A stretch of 64,000 bases of DNA from Patescibacteria group bacterium (GTDB taxonomy: Bacteria > Patescibacteriota > Patescibacteriia > JAQUQO01). The translations under genes were made by a program, and so were the position numbers. The notes under the pieces are model-generated. The model did no database searches, was not told where the DNA came from, and saw nothing but the letters and a program-made list of their open reading frames with translations. Numbering within the stretch: the first letter of the stretch is position 1; every line of letters begins with the position of its first letter. Location: positions 725,176-789,175 of the forward strand of contig JAQUQO010000001.1 of assembly GCA_028716045.1 (NCBI GenBank), read 5' to 3'. This document shows positions 47,575 to 58,362 of the stretch, in pieces.

Positions 47575-50500
47575 TTATTTTTTATCGTAAGGATTTCTTT
47601 CTTCTCCCTTGTCTATCCCTTTGATTTTCTGGCCATCCCTTAAAAGCTCAACATCTAAACACAGACCCTTGAGCTCGCGGACCAAAACATTAAAAGATTC
47701 CGGAATGTTGATTTTTCTAATCGGCTCGCCTTTAATAATGGACTCGTAGGCCTTGGAACGTCCCGGCACATCATCTGATTTTATGGTTAAAATTTCCTGC
47801 AAAGTATGGGAAGCGCCATAGGCCTCCAGCGCCCAAACTTCCATTTCACCAAAACGCTGGCCGCCGAATTGCGCCTTGCCGCCCAGCGGCTGCTGGGTAA
47901 TAAGCGAGTAAGGGCCGATGGAACGCTGGTGAATTTTATCTTCAACCATATGGTTCAGCTTGAGCATGTAAATATAACCAACGGTCACCGGATTTTCAAA
48001 AGGATAACCCGTCCGCCCGTCATATAAAGTAACCTGGCCGCTTTCCGGAAATTCCGCTTTGCGCAGCTCTTCCTTTATTTTTTCTTCGGAGATGCCGTCA
48101 AAAACCGGCGTCACTACCTTATAACCAAGTTTATGGGCGGCCATGCCTAAATGCGTTTCTAAAATTTGTCCGATATTCATACGAGAAACCACGCCCAAAG
48201 GACTTAAAATAATATCTACGGGTGTGCCGTCCTCAAGGTGAGGCATATCTTCCACCGGTACAATTTTGGAAATCACGCCCTTATTGCCATGACGGCCGGC
48301 CATCTTATCTCCTCTTTGCAATTTGCGCATATCCGCCACCGCCACCTGAATGGATTTAATAACTCCCGGCGGAAGCTTGTCCCCGTTTTCTTGAGAAAAC
48401 ATTTTGATATCCACCACTTTACCGTGCTCACCATGCTCCAAATACAAAGAACTGTCGCGGACATCGCGGGCTTTCTCCCCGAAAATAGCGCGCAATAATT
48501 TTTCTTCGGCTGATAACTCGGTTTCTCCTTTGGGCGTAATTTTACCGACTAAAATATCTCCGGAAGTAACTTCGGCGCCGATGCGCACAATGCCATTAGC
48601 ATCCAGATTTTTAAATTTCTCTTCGCTGATATTGGGAATATCCGAGGTCACCACCTCGGGTCCGAGTTTGGTATCGCGAACGTCAATCTGATAATTTTCA
48701 ATATGGATTGAGGAAAAGCGGTCTTTCTGGACTAATCTCTCGGAAATAATTATGGCGTCTTCATAGTTGTATCCTTCCCAGGACATAAAGGCCACGAGTA
48801 TATTCTGCCCGAGCGCCAGTTCTCCCTTGTCTATCGCCGGTCCGTCAGATAATAAATCCCCCTTAGATACTTTTTGTCCCTTGACGACCGTCGGATGCTG
48901 GTTAATGCAAGTGGAAGCGTTGGAACGGATAAACTTATTTAAGTAATAATTTTTTATTTCGCCTTTTTTGGTCTGCAGTTGTATCTGACCCGCGCTGGCC
49001 GCCGTAATTTCTCCGCTGTCTTCCGCCACAATGGCGTGTCCGGAATCCTTGGCGGCTCGGCCTTCCACGCCGGTACCCACCAACGGAGCCTCGGGTTTAA
49101 TGCAAGGCACCGCCTGACGTTGCATATTCGTTCCCATCAGAGCTCTGACCGCGTCATCGTGTTCCAAAAAAGGAATAAGAGCAGTGGCAATGCTGACGAT
49201 TTGTTTTGGAGAAACATCCATCAAATCAATTTCCGAAACATGTTCTACCGTCGGCTCGCCGAATTTTCTGACTTCAGCCCTGTCTTTAATAAAATATCCC
49301 TTTTCGTCTATGGTCGTGGTGGCGGCAGTGGAAATAAATCTTTCCCCGCTGAAAGCGTCCAAATAAATAATTTCTTTGGTCACTCGCGGCTTAAGCGGTA
49401 TGGTTGGCAACCCTGTTTCGCTGATTTCTTTGGCTAACTTTTCAGTGATGAGTTCACCGGCTTTGGCTAAAACTTCCCCGCTTTTCGGATTTTTAATATC
49501 TTCCCTTAAAATTTCTCCACTAATTAATTCCGGCTTATTGGCCGGGTCATGGATAATCTTACAAAAGGGAGTTTCAATAAAACCAAATTCGTTGACTCGC
49601 GCATAAGAAGCCAAGTGCCCGACCAAACCGATATTCGGTCCTTCGGGAGTGGCAATCGGGCAAATTCTGCCGTAGTGAGTGCGGTGCACGTCGCGCACGT
49701 CAAAACCGGCCCTTTCGCGGGAAAGTCCCCCCGGACCCATGGCGGAAAGGCGGCGCTTGTGTTCCAGCTCGGACAAAGGGTTGGTCTGATCCATAAACTG
49801 GGAAAGCTGGGAAGACATAAAAAATTCTTTGACCGCGCTGATGAGCGGACGGGCGTTAATTAAACGCGCCGGCGTGAGCGAAGTGACATCCAGCGTGCTC
49901 ATTCTGTCTTTGATAATTCTTTCCATGCGCGCCAAACCAATGCGAAAACGATTCTGCACCAACTCGCCGACCGCGCGGATGCGGCGATTCCCCAAATGGT
50001 CAATATCGTCCGAATCGGATTGCGTGACATTCAATCTGATAACTTCTTTGATAATACTGATGAGGTCTTCTTTTCTTAAAATTCTCGTTTCTTTATTAAT
50101 CGGCAGCTTCTCGTTAAAACGGATATTTAATTTATAACGTCCGACTCGGCCAAAATCATAACGGTCAAAACGGAAAAACATGGAGTAGATAAGCTGTTTG
50201 GCGTTGTCAGCCGTGGCCAAATCCCCCGGCCTGATTCTTTTATAAACTTCAATAAGCCCGTCGGCTTCGTTTTTGGCCGCGTCCTTATCCAGCGTGGCCT
50301 TGATATAACTATGCTCCGGGTCAGTATCCACATCAGTAAAAAGATTAATTATTTCTTCGTTGCTGGACCAGCCGAAAGCGCGCAAAAGAGAAGTTATGGC
50401 CACTTTTCTTTTGCGGTCTATCTTCACCCACAACACGCCGTTTTGGTCTGTCTCTATTTCCAGCCAAGCCCCGCGGTTCGGAATAATTTTTGCTCCGTAA

Positions 50501-50967
50501 TAACGACGGCCCTTGGCAAATTCCGAAGAAAAGAAAACGCCGGCCGAACGGATAATCTGGGAAACGACCGACCGCTCAATGCCGTTAATAATAAAAGTCC
50601 CGCGGCTGGTCATCAGAGGAAAATCACCCAAATATATTTCCTGATTAACTTTTTTGCCGGTGCGATTATTGACGAGTTGCACCTTGACTCTCAACGGCGC
50701 TTCATAGGTGACATTTTTTTCGCGGCTGGTCACTTCGTCAAATTTTGGTTCGTCTAAATAATAATCCACGAAATTCAGTTCCAAATCTCTTTTGGTAAAA
50801 TCGGTGATAGGAGAAACTTCTTCAAAAAGTTCCTTGACTCCTTCTTTAAAAAACCAGCGATAAGAATCTTTTTGAATACAAACGAGGTCAGGGAGGGGCA
50901 TCGCGTCTTTAATATAACTAAAGGCCACTCTGCCGTTTTCAGTTAAAACGTATTTGCCGTCGTTCAT
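47575..50967 (-). CDS. rpoB: DNA-directed RNA polymerase subunit beta
   Basis: Conserved Rif-cluster and catalytic regions. The start is assigned to MNDGKYVL (ATG at 50965-50967) rather than the longer ORF. Confidence 0.95.
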   Translation of the reverse strand: MNDGKYVLTENGRVAFSYIKDAMPLPDLVCIQKDSYRWFFKEGVKELFEEVSPITDFTKRDLELNFVDYYLDEPKFDEVTSREKNVTYEAPLRVKVQLVNNRTGKKVNQEIYLGDFPLMTSRGTFIINGIERSVVSQIIRSAGVFFSSEFAKGRRYYGAKIIPNRGAWLEIETDQNGVLWVKIDRKRKVAITSLLRAFGWSSNEEIINLFTDVDTDPEHSYIKATLDKDAAKNEADGLIEVYKRIRPGDLATADNAKQLIYSMFFRFDRYDFGRVGRYKLNIRFNEKLPINKETRILRKEDLISIIKEVIRLNVTQSDSDDIDHLGNRRIRAVGELVQNRFRIGLARMERIIKDRMSTLDVTSLTPARLINARPLISAVKEFFMSSQLSQFMDQTNPLSELEHKRRLSAMGPGGLSRERAGFDVRDVHRTHYGRICPIATPEGPNIGLVGHLASYARVNEFGFIETPFCKIIHDPANKPELISGEILREDIKNPKSGEVLAKAGELITEKLAKEISETGLPTIPLKPRVTKEIIYLDAFSGERFISTAATTTIDEKGYFIKDRAEVRKFGEPTVEHVSEIDLMDVSPKQIVSIATALIPFLEHDDAVRALMGTNMQRQAVPCIKPEAPLVGTGVEGRAAKDSGHAIVAEDSGEITAASAGQIQLQTKKGEIKNYYLNKFIRSNASTCINQHPTVVKGQKVSKGDLLSDGPAIDKGELALGQNILVAFMSWEGYNYEDAIIISERLVQKDRFSSIHIENYQIDVRDTKLGPEVVTSDIPNISEEKFKNLDANGIVRIGAEVTSGDILVGKITPKGETELSAEEKLLRAIFGEKARDVRDSSLYLEHGEHGKVVDIKMFSQENGDKLPPGVIKSIQVAVADMRKLQRGDKMAGRHGNKGVISKIVPVEDMPHLEDGTPVDIILSPLGVVSRMNIGQILETHLGMAAHKLGYKVVTPVFDGISEEKIKEELRKAEFPESGQVTLYDGRTGYPFENPVTVGYIYMLKLNHMVEDKIHQRSIGPYSLITQQPLGGKAQFGGQRFGEMEVWALEAYGASHTLQEILTIKSDDVPGRSKAYESIIKGEPIRKINIPESFNVLVRELKGLCLDVELLRDGQKIKGIDKGEERNPYDKK

Positions 50968-51419
50968 ATATATTTTAAAAATTATTTTATTAATTATTAA
51001 AATTTTGGATAACAAAAAATCTCCCCACAAAGGAGTTTCGGGGGCGAGTTTAAACTAAAAGATGGATTGTTTTTCAGCTAAGATAAGCATGAAATTTTTG
51101 CCAAGCCGTTCACAATTTTTAATGGGAAAGTCCCTTTTTGCTTTGAACGGATTCCTTCTGACGAAGGAAAAATGGCTAATATAAAAGAAAAAACGCTCGA
51201 TAGAAATAATTGACTTTTACGTATCTTTTATACTAACAAAGTTTAAATAAACTGTCAAGCAATTCTAAGTTGTCAAGTATTTGATTCTTTTATCTAAAAT
51301 TAGCCAAAATTGACGAAATCTCTGATTTCTATCCACAAGCGCATATTAACCCACTAATAACACTTTATCCACAAAATTATTTTTTTATCTAATATTAGCC
51401 AAAAAATATGGGATGCGTC

Positions 51420-51448
51420 TTGACAAAATCGTTAAAATATGCTATTAT
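51420..51448 (+). promoter_or_regulatory. promoter (TTGACA-17-TATTAT), first of two near-identical tandem promoters
   Basis: GTCTTGACAAAATC...TATTAT. A second copy lies at 51590-51618 (GTCTTGACAAAATC...TATAAT). Confidence 0.45.
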
Positions 51449-51778
51449 AATTTGTTATGGATAAAAATCCGGACGATGTAACGCTTGACCCTGTCTTTAA
51501 AAAACTTGAGCCGGGCAAGATAAGGGGATTTAAAAAGCTTGAATTATATCAAAAAACCCTTATTTTTCAACAAAATTCAGGCAAGGGTCTTGACAAAATC
51601 ATCCGAATGTGGTATAATAAAAGGTTAAAAATAAATGAACTTTAAAACCTATTGGGGAGAGAGTTATCCCGATTTCTCGGGATAAGCCCAATTGTTTTTA
51701 TCGGCTTTATTATAAATTTATACCAGCAGATACCGTTAACCAGTATCTGCTGATATATGATATATATGGAAGCTTAAA

Positions 51779-51837
51779 GGCGGTTGGAAAACTCTCTCAT
51801 TAACCAAAAACGGGACAGTTTTTCAACCGCCTTTTTG
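51779..51837 (+). terminator. hairpin followed by U-tract (terminator or attenuator) inside the long non-coding region
   Basis: GGCGGTTG...CAACCGCC stem followed by TTTTT. Confidence 0.4.
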
Positions 51838-52241
51838 GTTGCCAGAAACAGGAGGGGTAGAAACTTATTTGACGCCCGGCCTAAGGAGGGCCGGCGGCAA
51901 ATAAGCGGCGCTAACTTGGATAATTCCGGTTCTACTGGAAATATCCCAGCCAACCGCCATGCTAAGCGGTGCGCATGCGCACAAAAACTTGGCCTCTATC
52001 CTCCGCTTTCTGACAATCAAAATTGCTTCTGACATGGAGAGTTGGAGGGCACAAAATAATTTAAATAAAAATTAAACAACGCTCGGCCCTATCAATTCTC
52101 CATATCAGAGGCAATTAAGGCAATCGTTCGCGATTGCCCGTCCGTCCGAATCTATGAGGTTTATCTCCTTGTGAGGTAAATTTCATAGATTTAGACGGAC
52201 CTTGATTAACATTTGATTAACAATAGAGGAGGAAAAGGGAA

Positions 52242-52385
52242 ATGATGACGAAAACCCATAATGAGAAAAATTTCGGCGGCGTAAATCATTACAAGAGCTT
52301 CTTTGATTACAATTCGCTGATGAATTTTTTCTTCTTCGTCGTATTGGCCGGCGGTTTAATCACTATGCTCGCCATCGGAAACTAA
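52242..52385 (+). CDS. small hydrophobic peptide (47 aa), possible membrane microprotein
   Basis: Strong RBS AGAGGAGG precedes ATG. C-terminal FFFFVVLAGGLITMLAIG helix. Absent from the ORF track because it is under 60 aa. Confidence 0.35.
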   Translation: MMTKTHNEKNFGGVNHYKSFFDYNSLMNFFFFVVLAGGLITMLAIGN

Positions 52386-52778
52386 AAAAAAATCAAAAAA
52401 TGGGGGAGCCAAAAACTCCCCTCCATAACCTTCGTTAAAAAGTTTTTAGCGAGAGTTATGGAGGGGCGCGACAGTCGCAAGACAATCCGTAAGGATATTT
52501 GTCGCCTTGCCTTTCGCGGCTTGTGTGAGCTTAACCCTCACCCCCTCCAGACAAAAATAACGGCCTTTTTAAAAGCCGACTAAATAAATTTCCTCCTAGA
52601 TACGGGGGCGAACAGAAACATCTGTTTGCCCCCCGTTTCTTACCAAAAGAAAATAGTTGATAAAATTTTTATCAAACTTTTTTTCTTGATAAGAGAGTTG
52701 TTCTTTAAAAACCTTTTTGCCAATCGGTAAAAAGTTTAAAATAAATTTTTAACCTTTTAATTTAAGGAGGAACTAGCA

Positions 52779-53519
52779 ATGGCAAGATGTGAAAGATGCT
52801 TCGAACCAGTTGAATTCCCAAAGGAAAAAATCATTCAAAGGGATTCTAAGACTGGCAAATTTACTAAGGAGTGGAGGTGGAGGTGGTGGGCAAAGCCCAA
52901 AAAACCCGGAAGTCACCATCCGACGAAAATTTTTTGCTTTACTTGCATGCGGGAAGAAGACAAAAAAATCCGCAAGCCGTGGGAGAAAGGAAGACTTTTC
53001 TTCCCCTTGGCAGAATCATTAGAAAGAGATGCCGAGGTGGATAAACCCCTGAAGGAAAAACAGGCGGAAGTAGGCGGAGAACATCCGGAAATCGTCTGCT
53101 CCCATCCAGGGTGCAACCACCACCATGGTCAAATAGTGGAAGCAAAGTTTGGCCCTAAGGTAGTGAGAATCGATGATGTTCTCGCCGCGGACCGCGAAGA
53201 AACTTTTCACGAAGTGATTGAGCGGATTAAAAAAACCGGAAAAATTCCTTACATCTGCTCTTTCCATAAAAAAGAGAGGATTGAGGGAAAAAAGCGGGGA
53301 GAATTCATCAAGTTCTTCATCGCCGAAGAAGTGGAAAACATTCTTCGCAAAATCGGCTTCATCTACCCCAGCGCAAACGCTCCGAGGGAAGAGAATGAGG
53401 CAAAAGAAATTTTCAATAATCCTTTTGCCGAAAAACTTCCGTCGTTGATTGCGGTCCACAAAGAAAAACTCCAAAAACAAAAAGAACACCGGCACCAACA
53501 ACCGGTAGTAAATAACTAA
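52779..53519 (+). CDS. hypothetical Cys/His-rich (zinc-finger-like) protein
   Basis: RBS AAGGAGGAA. CxxC (CERC), CFTC, CSHPGCNHHH and CSFH clusters. Confidence 0.5.
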   Translation: MARCERCFEPVEFPKEKIIQRDSKTGKFTKEWRWRWWAKPKKPGSHHPTKIFCFTCMREEDKKIRKPWEKGRLFFPLAESLERDAEVDKPLKEKQAEVGGEHPEIVCSHPGCNHHHGQIVEAKFGPKVVRIDDVLAADREETFHEVIERIKKTGKIPYICSFHKKERIEGKKRGEFIKFFIAEEVENILRKIGFIYPSANAPREENEAKEIFNNPFAEKLPSLIAVHKEKLQKQKEHRHQQPVVNN

Positions 53520-53725
53520 AATGCCGAAAGGAAAAAGGTAAGAATGAAATTAAACAACTTGTAGGGGAATTACGAATCCTCATTTGCATCCCTACAAAGT
53601 AAAAAAAGAATGGGGTAAGGCAGACAACAATCTGCCTTTCTTTACCAGCCCGTTAACGAGTTAGCGGTCTGATAAAGAAACTCTTTCCAAGATTCATAAT
53701 TTACAATATAATAAATGAGGTGCAG

Positions 53726-53915
53726 CCGGCAGAGGGCTGCGAACACACGAACTTCAATCGGGTTGGAGAAAAAAAGTCTCCCTAAAAGCGGGGACTCTCC
53801 GATCCTTCGGGTGAGGAGTTTCCCGTGATACGGGGAAAATCTCTCTCCTCGACTTTTTGGCTTTAATTCGTAAATTAAAGTTCTAGTGCCGTTCGCAGCC
53901 CTCTGCCGGTTTTTT
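53726..53915 (+). ncRNA. candidate ~190-nt structured RNA closed by a 19-bp perfect helix and a U-tract
   Basis: CCGGCAGAGGGCTGCGAAC (53726-53744) pairs perfectly with GTTCGCAGCCCTCTGCCGG (53891-53909), followed by TTTTTTG. Internal hairpins are present, including a CUUCGG loop and GGAGA-AAAAAAG-TCTCC. No ORF. Confidence 0.4.
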
Positions 53916-53997
53916 GTTTACCCGATTGGCTAATCGGACTGAATATGTTATAATTTCTAAATAACCGAGTTTAAAATTTTATCTTATTTTTACAAAT

Positions 53998-56226
53998 ATG
54001 CGGCGGAAAAATAAAAAAACAAACGGTAATGAACCGTTAATCAAAAGGTGGGATTGGGAACTGGACCCGGAAGCCAAAAGGCAAATTCTGGTAATTATTT
54101 TCTTTGCCGCGGCGGGCTTAAGCATTTTAAGTTTATTTGACATTGCCGGGTCGGCGGGAAAATTTATCACGCATATTTTAGGCATGGCTTTCGGCTGGGC
54201 GGATTTTTTCTTCTCGATAATTTTAATAATTCTCGGTTATGTTTTGCTTTTCCCCAGCCGTTACGATTTGCGCCGGGTTAATTACCTGGGGCTTTTTTTA
54301 TTTATTTTAAGCGTCACGGGGTTAATGCATCTTTCTGTCCCCTTGGAACAGGCGACGGACATAATTCCCGCGGGCAAAGGCGGCGGATATATCGGATTAT
54401 TTTCCAGCTACCCGCTGCAAAAAATTATGGGATTTTGGGCTACGCTCATTGTTCTCGCGGCGTTGCTGGTTATTTCTTTTCTCACGATGTTTAATACCAC
54501 CCTTTCCCGCATTTTGTCTCCCGGCGCGCTAATCGGGTCAAAATTAAAATCAATTCCGGACCGATTTAGAAGTGACGAAGAAGCCGAAGAGGAAATAGAG
54601 GAAGAAAGGGACGAAGAGATTGACGAAAAGACGGAAAGAGAAAAATTTTCTAAAAAACCGCTCTGGCCGAATGCCTCCCGGCCCCTGCTGGAACCGCAAC
54701 CCCCGGCCAAAATCAGAAAAAAAATTGACCTGCCCATAGACCTGCTTGATAACAAACCCAGCAAACCGACTTCCGGCGATATTGAAGTTGGCAAAATTCT
54801 TATCCAAAAAACTTTGGAAAATTTCGGCATACCGGTGGAAATGGGCGGCGTCAGCGTCGGGCCGACGATAACCCAATATACTCTCAAGCCGTCGGAGGGA
54901 ATCAAACTTTCGCGCATCACCACTCTACATAATGATTTGGCCTTGGCTTTGGCCGCGCATCCCATTCGCATTGAGGCGCCGATACCGGGTAAATCGCTGG
55001 TGGGCATTGAAGTGCCAAACCAAAAAGTCGCTATCGTTAATTTGCGGGAAAATTTGGAATCGGCCGAATTTAAAAAACGCGCCTCTAATTTAACAATCAT
55101 TCTCGGCAAGGATGTGGCGGGGAAGACATGGATAGCGGATATCGGCAGAATGCCGCACCTGCTGGTCGCCGGCGCGACCGGTTCCGGCAAAAGTGTCTGC
55201 CTCAACACCATCATTATCAGTTTACTCTATCAAAACGGACCGGAAGATTTAAAATTTATTTTAGTGGACCCCAAGAGAGTGGAACTGCCGGTTTATAACG
55301 GCATTCCCCATCTGCTGACGCCGGTAATTACCGACGTCACTAAAACGGTCAACGCTTTGAGATGGGCGATTCTGGAAATGGACCGCCGGCTGGAACTGCT
55401 TTCTAAAACTCAAAAAAGAAATATTGATTTTTATAATACCGCTCATCCGTCAGAAAAACTTCCTTACATTTTAATAGTCATTGATGAGCTGGCTGACCTG
55501 ATGGTGTCCGCCGGCCACGAAGTTGAGGGCGCCATTGTCCGGCTGGCGCAAATGGCCAGAGCAGTCGGCATTCATTTAATACTCGCCACCCAGCGGCCGT
55601 CGGTGGACATTATTACCGGACTGATCAAAGCTAACATCCCCGCGCGCATCGCTTTCAGCGTCGCCTCGCTGGTTGATTCCCGGACGATTTTGGACACTTC
55701 CGGCGCGGAAAAACTTTTAGGCAGAGGGGACATGCTTTACACTTCAGCTGAACTCACTTTATCCAAAAGAATCCAGGGGGCTTTTGTTTCCGATGAAGAA
55801 ATAAAAAGAGTCATTGATTTCTTAAAGCGGGACAGCGACGGTCCGGATTATAATTCTGAAATTATTGCCAAACCAAAAATCACCACCACCGCTTTTGATT
55901 TTTCTCCGGATGGGGACGACGGCGACGAACTCTTAGGCGAAGCCAAAGAAGTCATTTCACAGGCGGGCAAGGCCTCGGCCTCTTTGCTCCAGCGCCGGCT
56001 GAAAGTCGGCTATGCGCGGGCGGCGAGAATTTTGGACTTGCTGGAAGAACAAGGATTTATCGGGCCGGCTGACGGAGCTAAACCACGGGAAATCTTGATA
56101 AACGAAAGCTCTGATGCTAATATGGGTGAAACCGAAGAAGAGGATAGCGGCGAGGGTGAATATCCTGAGGAAAATGGGGATGGCGAAGAAATTGAAGACG
56201 AAGAAGAAACCGAAGAAAAAGAATAA
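53998..56226 (+). CDS. ftsK: DNA translocase FtsK/SpoIIIE
   Basis: N-terminal TM helices. Walker A GATGSGKSV, Walker B IVIDELADL, C-terminal gamma (winged-helix) region. Acidic tail. Confidence 0.9.
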   Translation: MRRKNKKTNGNEPLIKRWDWELDPEAKRQILVIIFFAAAGLSILSLFDIAGSAGKFITHILGMAFGWADFFFSIILIILGYVLLFPSRYDLRRVNYLGLFLFILSVTGLMHLSVPLEQATDIIPAGKGGGYIGLFSSYPLQKIMGFWATLIVLAALLVISFLTMFNTTLSRILSPGALIGSKLKSIPDRFRSDEEAEEEIEEERDEEIDEKTEREKFSKKPLWPNASRPLLEPQPPAKIRKKIDLPIDLLDNKPSKPTSGDIEVGKILIQKTLENFGIPVEMGGVSVGPTITQYTLKPSEGIKLSRITTLHNDLALALAAHPIRIEAPIPGKSLVGIEVPNQKVAIVNLRENLESAEFKKRASNLTIILGKDVAGKTWIADIGRMPHLLVAGATGSGKSVCLNTIIISLLYQNGPEDLKFILVDPKRVELPVYNGIPHLLTPVITDVTKTVNALRWAILEMDRRLELLSKTQKRNIDFYNTAHPSEKLPYILIVIDELADLMVSAGHEVEGAIVRLAQMARAVGIHLILATQRPSVDIITGLIKANIPARIAFSVASLVDSRTILDTSGAEKLLGRGDMLYTSAELTLSKRIQGAFVSDEEIKRVIDFLKRDSDGPDYNSEIIAKPKITTTAFDFSPDGDDGDELLGEAKEVISQAGKASASLLQRRLKVGYARAARILDLLEEQGFIGPADGAKPREILINESSDANMGETEEEDSGEGEYPEENGDGEEIEDEEETEEKE

Positions 56227-56231
56227 CTTCT

Positions 56232-56915
56232 ATGCTTTTCAGACAACGGCCAATCCACGACCAAAAACAGCTGGGAGAAAAACTGCTGGAACAACGGAAA
56301 CGGCTTAACCTTCAACTGGAAAAAATTTCCGCAAAAATAAACATCCCCTTAAAATATCTGCTGGCGCTGGAAAACGGCGACTATAAAAATCTGCCGGCCA
56401 ATGTTTACAGTAAAAATTTTTTAAAAAGATATCTGGAAGAATTAAAACTTCCGGCCGAACCTCTCACCAGACAATTTTTAGAAGAAAGGAGCAACTACGA
56501 GGCCCTGCATGAAAGGAATAAAAAAGAGCCGTTCGTGGCCAAAGTTTCGGAAAAAAATTTAATAAACACTCCCCGAATTATCCGGATTACTTTCGTTCTG
56601 ATTATTGTCGGACTGCTCATCGGTTATCTGGGGCTGGAAATCAAAGACATTATTTCCCCGCCCCGACTTGCCATATTTGAACCGCCGGAAAATCTCACTC
56701 TTAACACTACCCTGATTACCGTCAGGGGGCAGACGGAACCGGAGGCCAAAATCACCATCAATGAGCAGGAAGTTTTAGCCGACCCGACCGGCAATTTTTT
56801 CAAAGAACTGCAACTCCAAACCGGAATAAATACCATAAAAATAACTGCCAAGAAAAAACATAGCCGAGAAAATTTTATCTATAGAAATATCTTCGTAGAA
56901 GAAATTCCTAAATAA
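56232..56915 (+). CDS. RodZ-like HTH membrane protein
   Basis: The [34 protein letters not shown] segment matches the RodZ N-terminal HTH. A TM helix follows. Confidence 0.55.
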   Translation: MLFRQRPIHDQKQLGEKLLEQRKRLNLQLEKISAKINIPLKYLLALENGDYKNLPANVYSKNFLKRYLEELKLPAEPLTRQFLEERSNYEALHERNKKEPFVAKVSEKNLINTPRIIRITFVLIIVGLLIGYLGLEIKDIISPPRLAIFEPPENLTLNTTLITVRGQTEPEAKITINEQEVLADPTGNFFKELQLQTGINTIKITAKKKHSRENFIYRNIFVEEIPK

Positions 56916-56928
56916 TCAACTAATAAAT

Positions 56929-57957
56929 ATGACCAAAAATAAACAAGATGGAGCGGAGGGAGAATTACGAAATAAAGCCACTGAAGAGGCCATCGCGCAA
57001 ATTAAGGAAAGGTTCGGCGAGGGCGCGATTATGCGCCTCGGCGAGGCAAAAAAAATTGAAGTGGAGGCCGTGCCGACCGGCTGTCTTTCTTTGGACTTGG
57101 CTTTGGGCATCGGCGGCGTGCCGCGGGGACGTATTACTGAAATTTTCGGACCCGAGTCCTCGGGAAAAACCACTTTGGCCCAACACATCATTGCCGAAGT
57201 ACAAAAGATGGGCGGGACCGCGGCGTTTATTGACGCCGAGCACGCGCTGGACCCAGATTATGCCAAAAAAATCGGCGTCAACGTAGAAAATCTTCTGATT
57301 TCCCAACCGGACACCGGTGAACAGGCCCTGGAAATTTTAGAAACTCTGGTGCGCTCCAACGGCGTGGATGTGGTGGTGATTGATTCCGTGGCCGCCCTGA
57401 CGCCCAAGGCGGAAATTGAGGGAGAAATGGGAGCACAGCATATGGGACTGCAGGCGCGCCTGATGAGCCAGGCCCTGCGCAAACTCGCCGGCATTATCAG
57501 CAAGAGCAAAACCGTGGTGGTTTTTATTAATCAGACCCGCCAAAAAATTGGCATTGTCTTCGGCAATCCGGAAACCACTACCGGCGGCATGGCTTTGAAA
57601 TTTTACTCTTCAGTCAGAATAGAAATCCGCCGCGCCGCGCAAATCAAGCTGGGAGAAAAAATAATAGGCAATCGCGTAAAAATTAAAGTCGTAAAAAATA
57701 AAGTGGCGCCGCCGTTCCGCACCTGCGAATTTGACATTATGTACAACGAGGGCATTTCTCTCTCTGGCGACCTGATTGACGTCGGCCTGCTCTATGGCAT
57801 TATTTCCAAGAGCGGCAATTCTTACAACTTTGGAGAAATAAAATTGGGCGTGGGACGGGAAACCGCAAAAATGATGATTAAGGAAGACAAAAAGCTGGCC
57901 AAAGAAATTTCTGCGGCCGTCAGGAAAGCGGCGGAAGCCAAAGAAAACGCGGAATAA
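56929..57957 (+). CDS. recA: recombinase RecA
   Basis: GPESSGKTT Walker [10 protein letters not shown], and the L2 loop region. Confidence 0.95.
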   Translation: MTKNKQDGAEGELRNKATEEAIAQIKERFGEGAIMRLGEAKKIEVEAVPTGCLSLDLALGIGGVPRGRITEIFGPESSGKTTLAQHIIAEVQKMGGTAAFIDAEHALDPDYAKKIGVNVENLLISQPDTGEQALEILETLVRSNGVDVVVIDSVAALTPKAEIEGEMGAQHMGLQARLMSQALRKLAGIISKSKTVVVFINQTRQKIGIVFGNPETTTGGMALKFYSSVRIEIRRAAQIKLGEKIIGNRVKIKVVKNKVAPPFRTCEFDIMYNEGISLSGDLIDVGLLYGIISKSGNSYNFGEIKLGVGRETAKMMIKEDKKLAKEISAAVRKAAEAKENAE

Positions 57958-58004
57958 TTGTTATCGCAAGCTAAATAAAATTATTATTTAAATACCTAAA
58001 ATAT

Positions 58005-58247
58005 ATGTTCAAAAAAGTAATCAAGCATCTTTTAATCGATCTAATTCTAGCACTTTTATTTGGAATAGGTAGTGTACATTTTTATTTTAATCCAAAAATA
58101 ACACAACTAAACGAAGATCTAACATTGTGTCAGAAGAACCAAATAAAGGCGGGCGTGGTTGGAATTTCTAATGGAGGAGGAACAGGACTTAATTGCGAAG
58201 GTGGTAGCGGTGGATCTGGTTGTGTAGGGACTACGGAGTCAAAATAA
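58005..58247 (+). CDS. small membrane-anchored Gly/Cys-rich peptide (80 aa)
   Basis: N-terminal hydrophobic helix followed by a GISNGGGTGLNCEGGSGGSGCVG tail. AT-rich context. Confidence 0.35.
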   Translation: MFKKVIKHLLIDLILALLFGIGSVHFYFNPKITQLNEDLTLCQKNQIKAGVVGISNGGGTGLNCEGGSGGSGCVGTTESK

Positions 58248-58286
58248 CTCTATTCTTAATGCTCGTCTGCCTAAATCCCACATTGG

Positions 58287-58320
58287 TTCAATCTTAAAGA
58301 TTGAACCAACTATTAGCGGT
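58287..58320. repeat. 34-bp palindromic repeat (copy 1) GTTGGTTCAATCTTAAAGATTGAACCAACTATTA
   Basis: Perfect 13-bp inverted arms (TTGGTTCAATCTT / AAGATTGAACCAA). A near-identical copy lies at 59167-59200. Confidence 0.75.
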
Positions 58321-58362
58321 TCACGAGCTAAATAAAAACTGTTTTCTTTTAATAAAAAACTT

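Noticed and set aside
43721-50757. Numerous 60-150-aa ORFs on either strand inside rpoC and rpoB
   Set aside because: Shadow ORFs within highly conserved, high-confidence long genes.
51030-51450. Chromosomal replication origin (oriC)
   Set aside because: Only two good DnaA-box 9-mers plus two imperfect ones. No dnaA/dnaN nearby and no DUE-like 13-mer array recognised. More likely DnaA-responsive promoters.
51457-51645. 62-aa ORF as an ordinary protein-coding gene
   Set aside because: It spans a second complete promoter (-35/-10 at 51590-51618) and AT-rich regulatory repeats. Only a leaderless reading is conceivable, so it is treated as doubtful and not annotated as CDS.
51779-51837. Fluoride (crcB-motif) riboswitch suggested by AACCGCC
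   Set aside because: The surrounding sequence forms a simple hairpin plus U-tract. It lacks the crcB pseudoknot consensus and any downstream crcB/eriC gene.
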